A stretch of DNA of 63,825 nt, filler included, from an uncultured bacterium (GTDB taxonomy: Bacteria > Auribacterota > CAZIXI01): the NCBI GenBank assembly GCA_964543115.1. It is 3 parts of 3 records of this genome, joined end to end, with 100 filler letters (N's around TTAATTAATTAA, not from the genome) between each part and the next. Parts side by side here need not be neighbours in the genome. Positions count along the whole stretch, not along the records: positions 47,169 to 63,825 come from CAZIXI010000052.1; 2 more parts are not named here. One strand, given 5' to 3'. Each line of letters opens with the position of its first letter. Within the stretch, counting starts at the first letter, position 1. The notes beneath the pieces are model-generated. The model was not told where the DNA came from. It was given only the letters and a program-made list of their open reading frames with translations, and did no database searches. This document shows positions 56,701 to 63,825 of the stretch, one piece after another. The translations under genes were made by a program, and so were the position numbers.

Positions 56701-59415
56701 TTTGATCGCCGCAGCCAGATATTCCGTCAACATGGACAAAGGTAAGCGCTGCTCCCAAAAGTGAATCACTTTTTCATCCAGCAATAATTTTATCCGCATA
56801 TCGTTAATTACTACTTCTACCGGCTCCTGCCGGTAACCATGCCGAGCAGTAAGACATCGGTCTATTGACGCTAACCCTTCATAGACAGTACCGGCAATTC
56901 TACTCTGCGCCGCATGCGCATAAAACCGGCTCGTGTACCTGACCCTTAAGCCCTGATGATATTGATCCGCCTGTTCACCGGCGGCATTAGAGATCACATA
57001 ACTGCCGATCTCTTTTCCCTGAAAAGGACTTGCCTGCGGCAGCCCGGTTTCCTGGTCGGCAAAACTCAGATACACCTGGGCGCCCAAACCACCGATATCA
57101 TAAGGGCGGGAATTTGGCACTACTTTGACCACTCTAGCATTTAATTTCCAATGGGTGGCCCTGAGGAAAGGATCTAATTTTTTGTCCAGATATTTTTGCA
57201 GGAATTTCCACAACAGCCGGGAATCATATTCTGCCAGTAATTCCGGCGGAGCCCGGTCGGCAAAAAAGAAGCGCAGGATATCCCGCCAGACTTTGGCAAT
57301 CGACTTCCGGCCAACAGCCTGACGATATTCGGAAAAAAAAGCCTCCACAAAAGCCAGGGACCAGGCCATTTTCTTACGCGCAGGGCTTCTCTCCATAAAT
57401 CGCGCCTTCTCCGGGCTCATCTGTTCGCTAAAAATGTAGATTAAACCCGCCAGGCCCACACAACGGCTGGCCGGCATCACATCAAGTTTACCCAGTAAGC
57501 GGCCCAGATCAAGCGTGGCCAGGGCCAAGGGATTATATAAGCCCATTGCCGTTACCTGCTGTTCCCTGCTGGTCACCACGGAAAAATCAAAAATTGTATC
57601 TCCCGCCGGATCATGAGCGGCAATTAATTCCGCATAAGTCGGCGGTATTCTTTCATAATCACCGCCAATATCCAGACAACTCATAAATATCCCGCCGCCA
57701 ATGGGCCACTGATCATTTTCGCGATACCTGGCAACAATTACCGGATTACGCCCGCGCCGCTCTCTGGTCTTCTCTTTCTTTATTTCTACCCGGTTCATCT
57801 GCCACCAGGAATCACGTTCTATCTCTAAGAGATCCTCAAACTCCGTATCATAAAAAACACCGTCTTCCAGCAGGATTTCAAATTCCTTGTCCAGTTTCTT
57901 ACTGTAATGCCAGATCTTCTTGCGGTAAACATATTGATAAAGCGGCACCACATCCTTAGTGGCAGTAACAATTTCAGGAAAATCACGAAAGTTCCGGGCA
58001 GGCAGATTTGAGGTATAAGCAGTAAAGGCAAAAATATTTTTTATCCGTTCCGGCTGGCGAAGCCCTCTGGCCGCTTCCTGATAGAGCCCTTTCAGTAATT
58101 CAAAATTACCTTCGAGAACAACAGCGTTAGCGGGAGAGGCATCTAAATAAGCGGCAAGTCCAGCCACCAGCTTCCTCTTTTGCTGATCGCTTCTTTCCAG
58201 AGTCAGGTCGATTACTTTTAACTCTTCAGCCTCGGCACTGAACTCCCGCAGTTTAGCTAACAACTGCCAGTGTTTAGCAAAATTCTCTTCGCTATAAAAT
58301 CTCATTGTTTCTTCCAGGAAATGCCTGGCCAGCGCCTTGGCAATTTCCGGATAGAAACTCTCGCCTAAAAAGAAGACACACCAAACAACAAATCCGGACT
58401 GGGGTGCGCCTTTGACCGCGGTTTGTAAATCACTCCTCTCTCCTTCCACCACCGACAGCAGTTCACCCACCTCACCTAAATTACGGGCCAGTGTTCTTTC
58501 TATTTCTTCCCGGCTGCTGGAAAGAGAACTGGCATCAAGACCCCGTAACCGTCCGCGTAAAAAGGCCAGATTATTTAACAGCCGGCCGATATCCAGATCA
58601 GCCAAACCACGCTGCCAGAGTTTTTGCTGATATTGGAAGGCCGCGGTAATATTCCGCTTAACCGCATCAATGTTTCCGCCGCCAATCAACCGCTTGATCC
58701 TCTCTTCCAATATCTCATCCGCTTTTTCTTTAATAACGATAAACGGCGGCCGGAGTGTTAAGCTTTTATCATCTGTCAGATCCAAGAAACTTAGCTTGGG
58801 ATCGCCATCCACTACGCGGAACGGAAAACAGAGATCACCGGCCCGGGCCGCAGCCAACTGATAGCTTTTCAGCAGATCAACACTGTCGTAAATCTTGTCG
58901 GAAATAATCTTCCGGCCGGTAAACCTCCTGATCCCCATTAACCAACGCCGGGATTCAGCACCGAAAATACGCGGCAGGATCTTCTCTAGGATAGTCTCGG
59001 CAAAAGGCAGGCGGTAATAAAGTGTGCGTAGTATACCCTGAAAAATAAAATCCCGCTTGGGAATCAGGATGACAATATCTCCGCGGGAAAAAACAACAAA
59101 ATCAAAACCAACATCAAGGTATCTGAATCTCTTCTCGCGCAGAAATCTTTTGATTTCACTATCTGGTGTAGCCGGATCCAGCATCCAGGCGGCATTTTCT
59201 ACCACCGGCCGCGGCTTGTATCTTTCCTGCTGCCTAAACTCTCGCCGGGCGGCATCCGGATCAGCTACTGCCGGCAGGGTTTCGCTCAAGTGTTCTAACC
59301 GCCGGGCCGCGTCCGGAGCAAGACATATAGGCTGCCCGGCCCAACAAAGGTCACGGCAGAAAAGTGAAAAAACAACAAAGATAATGATCGCCCTTAATCC
59401 GAGTTTTGTATTCAT
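53785..59415 (-). CDS. Large secreted multidomain protein (1876 aa): kinase-like, GNAT-like, HExxH and DHH-like segments
   Basis: Signal peptide then CLAP; DLDIGRLLNN..LDAS; HELYH; EFDHH..HMDQD; uninterrupted ORF. Confidence 0.7.
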   Translation of the reverse strand: MNTKLGLRAIIIFVVFSLFCRDLCWAGQPICLAPDAARRLEHLSETLPAVADPDAARREFRQQERYKPRPVVENAAWMLDPATPDSEIKRFLREKRFRYLDVGFDFVVFSRGDIVILIPKRDFIFQGILRTLYYRLPFAETILEKILPRIFGAESRRWLMGIRRFTGRKIISDKIYDSVDLLKSYQLAAARAGDLCFPFRVVDGDPKLSFLDLTDDKSLTLRPPFIVIKEKADEILEERIKRLIGGGNIDAVKRNITAAFQYQQKLWQRGLADLDIGRLLNNLAFLRGRLRGLDASSLSSSREEIERTLARNLGEVGELLSVVEGERSDLQTAVKGAPQSGFVVWCVFFLGESFYPEIAKALARHFLEETMRFYSEENFAKHWQLLAKLREFSAEAEELKVIDLTLERSDQQKRKLVAGLAAYLDASPANAVVLEGNFELLKGLYQEAARGLRQPERIKNIFAFTAYTSNLPARNFRDFPEIVTATKDVVPLYQYVYRKKIWHYSKKLDKEFEILLEDGVFYDTEFEDLLEIERDSWWQMNRVEIKKEKTRERRGRNPVIVARYRENDQWPIGGGIFMSCLDIGGDYERIPPTYAELIAAHDPAGDTIFDFSVVTSREQQVTAMGLYNPLALATLDLGRLLGKLDVMPASRCVGLAGLIYIFSEQMSPEKARFMERSPARKKMAWSLAFVEAFFSEYRQAVGRKSIAKVWRDILRFFFADRAPPELLAEYDSRLLWKFLQKYLDKKLDPFLRATHWKLNARVVKVVPNSRPYDIGGLGAQVYLSFADQETGLPQASPFQGKEIGSYVISNAAGEQADQYHQGLRVRYTSRFYAHAAQSRIAGTVYEGLASIDRCLTARHGYRQEPVEVVINDMRIKLLLDEKVIHFWEQRLPLSMLTEYLAAAIKQDRALMRKIRVLNGETLKLILLDKSPCAGADCQRNRLIGIPKWILAVPDNDAFRVLFQGVVVHELYHEASPLAAQTAEKQKGFEKKRLLLDVKLFFRLAGENLEIIKKITKLQVLTPEAPLRRALLRRLFLERIKGISIEQINCRVKPKRTLQSLLVREKRWVYSQWHPVPVVSQAEIARKIKEGKPLIADSELFQGIEPLETEWGLIDLRRLNRPERYREFGRFASANFVRDLEIAHYAGLIKIAHFSRSLSCSASLARALQDKLTPECEVWSPVRVAWPNWAVINYYLKIISRDENAVELYQGDRGQILFVKGLMQLSKLNFSKGKANLAQIFTAFPDEMKELFQWRKLTLSLAMVEGKSMEELIHIMRWRAKKLTDREAKFCRQLQAAIRKLKGTKNRLRLNHSTLPPVGLSYEECWGMKGWVKLLELVMFKEYAVNGVEGTLRKKLPDRVLGGFDRDFVAEMGWRYRSTELTKMVMLRQVVEQLLMIKNKQVESWQINITINGGRVRKRMSYFLGEKGLKNLQHNKVMIMIDGERFHYDFRDIEKNDLLAVVDFEEAVMLNWVLGKEDHLWKKFVPECRIIGANTLLVPEDKFAALHKRLAQVGCRTIVDLDSHKVIIERENNGQTNVLNQQRYEQNGRKLAAALRAYQPAVLTDNTRLYEFDHHFSGDQSLRDQTATSLVVAYLSSLGERRLAEELPRLLEAVFIQSHMDQDGFLAQWIIKYWEELSVEERDFLCAVVYYADNYIMRADLKGDKERERKIKLLNAILFAWLHQGEDKRVSFDVFFRKFMELFHYIYDDNPTLEEVRLKLHYFQDQQPYYRLATVFNRHLRNKAERREILLQPGVVSVDSELARVITDQEIDYLDCIEFFSGNGRFADVQVVLYIKREKDGCRVSVRLINGGSGLQNALPALNRREKELGGSADWGGIYRVVSCFLTGPSIIPPEEIEGIIRRELSLPVGTEAAISV

Positions 59416-59479
59416 CTGTAAAATTACTATCGCCCCCCACCAATAAAGCACCAAATCACAAAAAACAAATTATAAAAAA

Positions 59480-62119
59480 CTATACCGCACCTAGCACTTC
59501 ACTAATCAATTCATGTTTCGGATCATGGATCCTGGCTATCTCACCTGTTAAGAAATCAGAAATACCATCCCCACTGCCTTTGATTATCACCAGCAGCTTT
59601 TCCCAGAACAGCTTGTCTCGCAGAACACGTTCAATAAAATCACTATCTTCATTCATCACCGCCAGCATCAATAATTCATAGATAGTAGCAAGATCCTCCA
59701 GTTCGTTCAACTCCCCATAACGGTAGGCAAAAATCTTTTTACTTTCCCGGCGCAACTGAGTATCGTCTGCACAGCGGTCCGGTCTATAATTTTCCCCTCT
59801 AGCAGTCCCGAGCGCAGCGAGGGACAGTCTCTTCCGGGACTGGCGGTGCAGGCGGGAAAATTCCCTTTGCTGCTCAGCAGCAAGGAAATGAAAATGCACA
59901 CCGTGTCCGGTCTCATGGGCAATCAAACCGGGTAAATCCTCCGTCTCATTGACCCGCACCGCTCTGTTTAAATAATCATAGGAACCGCTGGGCGGCCAGT
60001 GCTTCCGGTCATCATCCAAATAAGTTTCATTATCACCCCGTTCGCTATACGCGTTCCCTTCCATCCGGATAATGCATCTGGTTAACCGGGCCCGGCGATG
60101 TACGGCCGGAAATTTATTTAAGATATCCATCAATCTCGCCAATTCCCCCGGAGTAAATTTCTCACGCGTGTAACGGTCAATAATCCATACACCATAGAGG
60201 TCATAAAAAATAGTTCTCTCCTCACCAACCAGCCCGCTCAACACTTTCCGCGCCCGTTGCCGAAGCCGTTCGTCTTTAGTAAACTCCGGGCAGGTCCAAT
60301 TACTAAGTATTATCGCCGCCTCTTGTCTGGCCAGAGAGAAACCAGCTGTATTGGCCAGGTCAATTAGAGCCTTCTCAATATTTTCTTCTGCCAATCCCAG
60401 ACGGCTGATTACATAAATCAGCACATGATTAATCTCAGGGTAATCATCATTAGCCAATAGATACCAGAGGGCAGACTGAAAAAACCGCGGATTTTGCCGG
60501 CCAAAACGCGTTAGCGGCTCAATCACCGCAGCCATCTCTGCAACATATTTTCTTATACTGATTTTACTTTTATTACCTAAAGCGGCCCGGGCAACTTGCT
60601 GGATACTATTGAGCTTGATAAATAATTCCAAGACAAAATCCCTGTACTCTGCCCCATACACCGCTTCCGCCTCTTCCCGCTTCCACCAGACAAAATCCCG
60701 TATCTCCTCTATAGCACTGCCTGCCTCCTCCAATCTATCCAGGGCCCGAAGGATATACGGCAACAAGGCATGATTACCAGCTTTAATCATCGAAACAATT
60801 ATCGCTTTTCTTAACCAATATTGCCGATTCCCTGTCCACCACCACTTTCTCTCTGTTTGCTCGAGCAAATAGATTAAAGTCCAGCCGGAATCCGGCACAC
60901 TAATCCGACCCAATAACGCGGCTACAAACTTAAGCTTATCGTGAATTGCGGATAACCTCCTTGCCGCCCGGCGGTCGTGAAGAAAGATTGCTTCCGGCTT
61001 GAGCAGTTTATTTATTTCTTGCCGCAGATAAGGAAAGAAACTGGCACTGTATTTTTCCCCCAGCCTAACCAAAAGATCCAGCCGCCCGGGAAAAACCTTC
61101 CCCCGGGTATTGTCATAATAGAGATCAACTTTATTCAAGGCAGAAGCAATTAAGGCCCGCACCTGTATCGCCGTTAAATCCGTTAAATCCAGCATCGGGG
61201 CCAGGGCATGCATCGCCAAAACAGCTGTATCATTAAATATTTCTCCCTGTTGAAAAGCCCTAATAATAGTCGGCGCAATTAACCTCTGGATACAGCCCGG
61301 CGGACAGCCTTTCAACAGAGAAAGAAATCTTTTTTTCTTTCTTGCCAGATACCTATCGTCTAAAGAGCCTCTTCCCCAACTTACCTGTTCAATTACTGCC
61401 TCAATTTCCTTTTTTGCCCGTAAAACCTTTCTCAAGGCCGGTCTTTCAGTTTTGGCGATTGCCCCCACCAATTTCATCCCCGGATCTTTTTTGCGGTGAA
61501 CGCCTTTGGTAATATGCGCCAGCTCATGCTGGGCGATAACAATACCCGCCGCTATCTTGTGTCTCAAAACAACCGGCAGCGAGATATGGATCCTGTTCCC
61601 CGCTTGATTAAAGTGCCCGCCCGCATAATCATTATCCACCCAAAAAAGTTCCGTCCCGGTTTCCGGAATATCAAAATAAATCTGTTTGTCTCTAAATCCC
61701 GGATCAGTCCGCTGGATCTGCTGCCGGAAATCATGTAGTTGCTTAACCGTTACCTCGATCCCGAACTCTTCCCGGGCGTAAACTACCAGGGCCCGGTCGG
61801 CATCAGTAGTGGAAATAGCGCCGGTAATCTCCCGGCCTTTTTCCTTCAATATCCCCCTTAACGCCTGATATTGCCGTTTTAATTGTTCGTCCAGGGCCTG
61901 AAAAGATCCTTCATGGCCGGGCCGGCAAATCGTCCCGCAGGTTACATTATCACCATCTGCCTCAGCTAAAAGAGGAATAAGAGTTTGAAGGCTTTCTACC
62001 TCACTGCTGGGAGCCAAATAACGATCTGCTTCGCTCCAGCCGCCACGGGGACAGATAAAGGTCAGAAAAAAGACAACCAAGATTATTTTATTTAAGAAAT
62101 TATACTTTTGTTTGCTCAT
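59480..62119 (-). CDS. Secreted protein (879 aa) with two HExxH motifs and a helical-repeat middle
   Basis: Signal peptide then YLAP; HELAH (61514-61528); HETGH (59903-59917) with downstream ELEDLA. Confidence 0.7.
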   Translation of the reverse strand: MSKQKYNFLNKIILVVFFLTFICPRGGWSEADRYLAPSSEVESLQTLIPLLAEADGDNVTCGTICRPGHEGSFQALDEQLKRQYQALRGILKEKGREITGAISTTDADRALVVYAREEFGIEVTVKQLHDFRQQIQRTDPGFRDKQIYFDIPETGTELFWVDNDYAGGHFNQAGNRIHISLPVVLRHKIAAGIVIAQHELAHITKGVHRKKDPGMKLVGAIAKTERPALRKVLRAKKEIEAVIEQVSWGRGSLDDRYLARKKKRFLSLLKGCPPGCIQRLIAPTIIRAFQQGEIFNDTAVLAMHALAPMLDLTDLTAIQVRALIASALNKVDLYYDNTRGKVFPGRLDLLVRLGEKYSASFFPYLRQEINKLLKPEAIFLHDRRAARRLSAIHDKLKFVAALLGRISVPDSGWTLIYLLEQTERKWWWTGNRQYWLRKAIIVSMIKAGNHALLPYILRALDRLEEAGSAIEEIRDFVWWKREEAEAVYGAEYRDFVLELFIKLNSIQQVARAALGNKSKISIRKYVAEMAAVIEPLTRFGRQNPRFFQSALWYLLANDDYPEINHVLIYVISRLGLAEENIEKALIDLANTAGFSLARQEAAIILSNWTCPEFTKDERLRQRARKVLSGLVGEERTIFYDLYGVWIIDRYTREKFTPGELARLMDILNKFPAVHRRARLTRCIIRMEGNAYSERGDNETYLDDDRKHWPPSGSYDYLNRAVRVNETEDLPGLIAHETGHGVHFHFLAAEQQREFSRLHRQSRKRLSLAALGTARGENYRPDRCADDTQLRRESKKIFAYRYGELNELEDLATIYELLMLAVMNEDSDFIERVLRDKLFWEKLLVIIKGSGDGISDFLTGEIARIHDPKHELISEVLGAV

Positions 62120-62149
62120 AAATTAGTCTAATAGTCGGAATACTGTAAT

Positions 62150-62178
62150 AATATACCATAAAAAACGGCAATTGTCAA
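62150..62178 (-). promoter_or_regulatory. Sigma-70 promoter for the 879-aa/1876-aa pair
   Basis: Minus strand TTGACA-17 nt-TATATT with extended -10 TG. Confidence 0.75.
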
Positions 62179-62215
62179 TAGGTCGAGAATTTAATCTTAA
62201 TTGCTGATTTTTCTC

Positions 62216-62244
62216 TTGACATTTTTTAGTATATCTGGTAGGCT
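62216..62244 (+). promoter_or_regulatory. Sigma-70 promoter for the fadL-like gene
   Basis: TTGACA-17 nt-TAGGCT with extended -10 TG. Confidence 0.55.
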
Positions 62245-62424
62245 ATCTCCAATAAATTCAATAATTTAGCTTCTTTAGGCTACCGGAATCTAGAGAGCCC
62301 GGTATGGAACCGGTACCGCCCCAAGAAGCCCGGAAGACAGCAAGGGATTCTTATTTTTATTCGCAAAAGTGGGTATCTTGTTTCTCTGTCTATAGGGGAT
62401 AGGGAAAAAAGAAAAGGAGGGCTG

Positions 62425-63660
62425 ATGAAAAAAATCCTGGTAATTGTTGGACTGGTAATTCTTATTGCCGGTCAAACTGGCAATCTCTTGGCAAGTGGTT
62501 TTTTCCTTCACGATCATGATCCCAAGGCTCAGGGCCAGGGCGGTGCATTTACCGCGCAGGCGGATAATCCTTCTGCCGTCTGGTATAATCCGGCAGGCAT
62601 GAGCCAGCTGGATAGCACCCAGATATCCATAAGTTCCAAATTTGTCCGTTTAGAGAGTAAATATAAAAACCTTCAGGGACTGAAAGAAGATCTGGACGCG
62701 GAATGGGCGGTAATCCCAGATGCCTATATTACCAGCGACCTGGGCACAGAAAAATGGACAGTTGGACTCGGCCTAACCTGCCCTTTTGGCCTGACCACTA
62801 AATGGAGCAAAAACGGCCTCTTACGTTATGTGGCTACCACCACCAGTTTCAAAATGATTAATATTAATCCGGCTGTCGCCTTTCAGATTTGTGAACCACT
62901 CTCCCTGGCCGCCGGGGTGGATTACTATAATGTATATTCCTATAAAGCGGAACAGCAATATAATTTTATGATCGGTGATGCCAGCATAAAAAATGATGTT
63001 GACGGCGACGGCTGGGGCTTTAATCTGGGCGCTCTTTGGAAACCGCTTCCCAAGCATAGTTTTGGCCTTACTTACCGCAGCCGGGTAAAGGTAAATTTCG
63101 ACGGCTCGCTAAAATACAGAGATATCCCGGCCGGGCTGGGACTTCCGGCATCTCTTTCTTATGATGTTTCTTCTACAATTACCATGCCCAGCATTATCAG
63201 CGGCGGTTACGCCTTCCGGCCAATAGAAAAACTCAAACTGGAACTGGACCTCTGGTGGGTAGAGTGGTCAACCCTGGACGAAGTTAAAATTAAGGATGAA
63301 GCTACTGATACCTATTTAAGCATCACCAATAAGGAGTGGGAAAACAGTCTTATCATTAATCTCGGCGGTGAATATATCTTCAATGAATACTTCACCGGCC
63401 GCGCCGGTTACAGTTATGCCCAGAAGGCCGTCCCGGAAAAAACATTCAATCCTGATCTGCCCGACGCCAACTTAAACATCATTGCTCTCGGGCTAGGCAT
63501 TAATCTGGATAAATTCACCATTGATATTTCCTACGCACTGGGCCTTTACAACAAACGGGACATTGACAATAAAGTCGGGACAGCAGTAGGCACCACAGTA
63601 GATGGGGAATATAAAACCCATTATCATAATATAGCTGCCGGTATTAGCTACAAGTTCTAA
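62425..63660 (+). CDS. OmpP1/FadL/TodX family outer-membrane transporter
   Basis: Signal peptide, GQGGAFTAQADNPSAVWYNPAG hatch motif, PFGLTT, PDLPD, terminal Phe. Confidence 0.9.
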   Translation: MKKILVIVGLVILIAGQTGNLLASGFFLHDHDPKAQGQGGAFTAQADNPSAVWYNPAGMSQLDSTQISISSKFVRLESKYKNLQGLKEDLDAEWAVIPDAYITSDLGTEKWTVGLGLTCPFGLTTKWSKNGLLRYVATTTSFKMININPAVAFQICEPLSLAAGVDYYNVYSYKAEQQYNFMIGDASIKNDVDGDGWGFNLGALWKPLPKHSFGLTYRSRVKVNFDGSLKYRDIPAGLGLPASLSYDVSSTITMPSIISGGYAFRPIEKLKLELDLWWVEWSTLDEVKIKDEATDTYLSITNKEWENSLIINLGGEYIFNEYFTGRAGYSYAQKAVPEKTFNPDLPDANLNIIALGLGINLDKFTIDISYALGLYNKRDIDNKVGTAVGTTVDGEYKTHYHNIAAGISYKF

Positions 63661-63677
63661 AAAGTAAAATTTGCCAA

Positions 63678-63720
63678 AAATGGGACACATTCCGGATAGA
63701 ATGTGTCCCATTTCTTTCTT
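63678..63720 (+). terminator. Hairpin after the fadL-like gene (terminator and/or REP)
   Basis: AAATGGGACACATTC-CGGATA-GAATGTGTCCCATTT then pyrimidine tract. Confidence 0.75.
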
Positions 63721-63754
63721 CAGCGCTCCGCACCCACCCAGGATAATGGGCAAT

Positions 63755-63825
63755 CTGTCCCATTCAATAGATTTTCATGCAGGATGGGACTGCTTCGCGG
63801 GGCTGCCCCGCTTCGCGGGGCTGCT
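63755..63825. repeat. Composite repeat at the contig end: inverted relative of the 43-bp unit plus CCCC-hairpin module
   Basis: CTGTCCCATTCAAT-N16-TGGGACTGCTTCGC, then CCCCGCTTCGCGGGGCTGCT at 63806-63825. Confidence 0.75.

Noticed and set aside
53785..62119. Prophage or integrated island
   Set aside because: No integrase, phage structural genes or att-like repeats seen
62281..62345. Cobalamin, FMN, ykkC riboswitch or PyrR site
   Set aside because: Only short fragments resemble each; core consensus elements are missing, so kept only as an unassigned leader

Overview
A concatenation of three contigs joined by artificial 100-nt N linkers containing TTAATTAATTAA (23633-23732, 47069-47168), so adjacency across those joins is meaningless. 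Gene content suggests a PVC-type bacterium, most likely Candidatus Omnitrophota (inference from protein style, not a database hit). Housekeeping content: tRNA-Phe, tRNA-Thr, opine dehydrogenase, GH13 amylase, a complete V/A-type ATPase operon bracketed by wHTH/PTS-IIA/HPP and USP genes, a C-terminal-half carB, a Cys1-less purF, phoU-nptA, arsC, glgC, tatC, ilvD, def, CDF and fadL. Most notable: (1) two pairs of large secreted multi-enzyme 'effector-like' proteins. Three share an LAP motif just after the signal peptide and three end in similar small-hydrophobic tails. Both genes of the first pair carry a Tiki/TraB/EreA-like motif set and each has its own consensus sigma-54 promoter, and one is split by an in-frame TAG inside that domain. 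(2) A processive GT2 + clan GH-A hydrolase + PEGA propeller + MscS + TPR + PIG-L deacetylase cluster, a candidate glycan system. (3) Several small palindromic repeat families, including a three-layer nested MITE with 13-14 bp target duplications. No CRISPR array, rRNA, transposase or integrase was seen. All protein calls come from motif recognition by eye; no searches were run.
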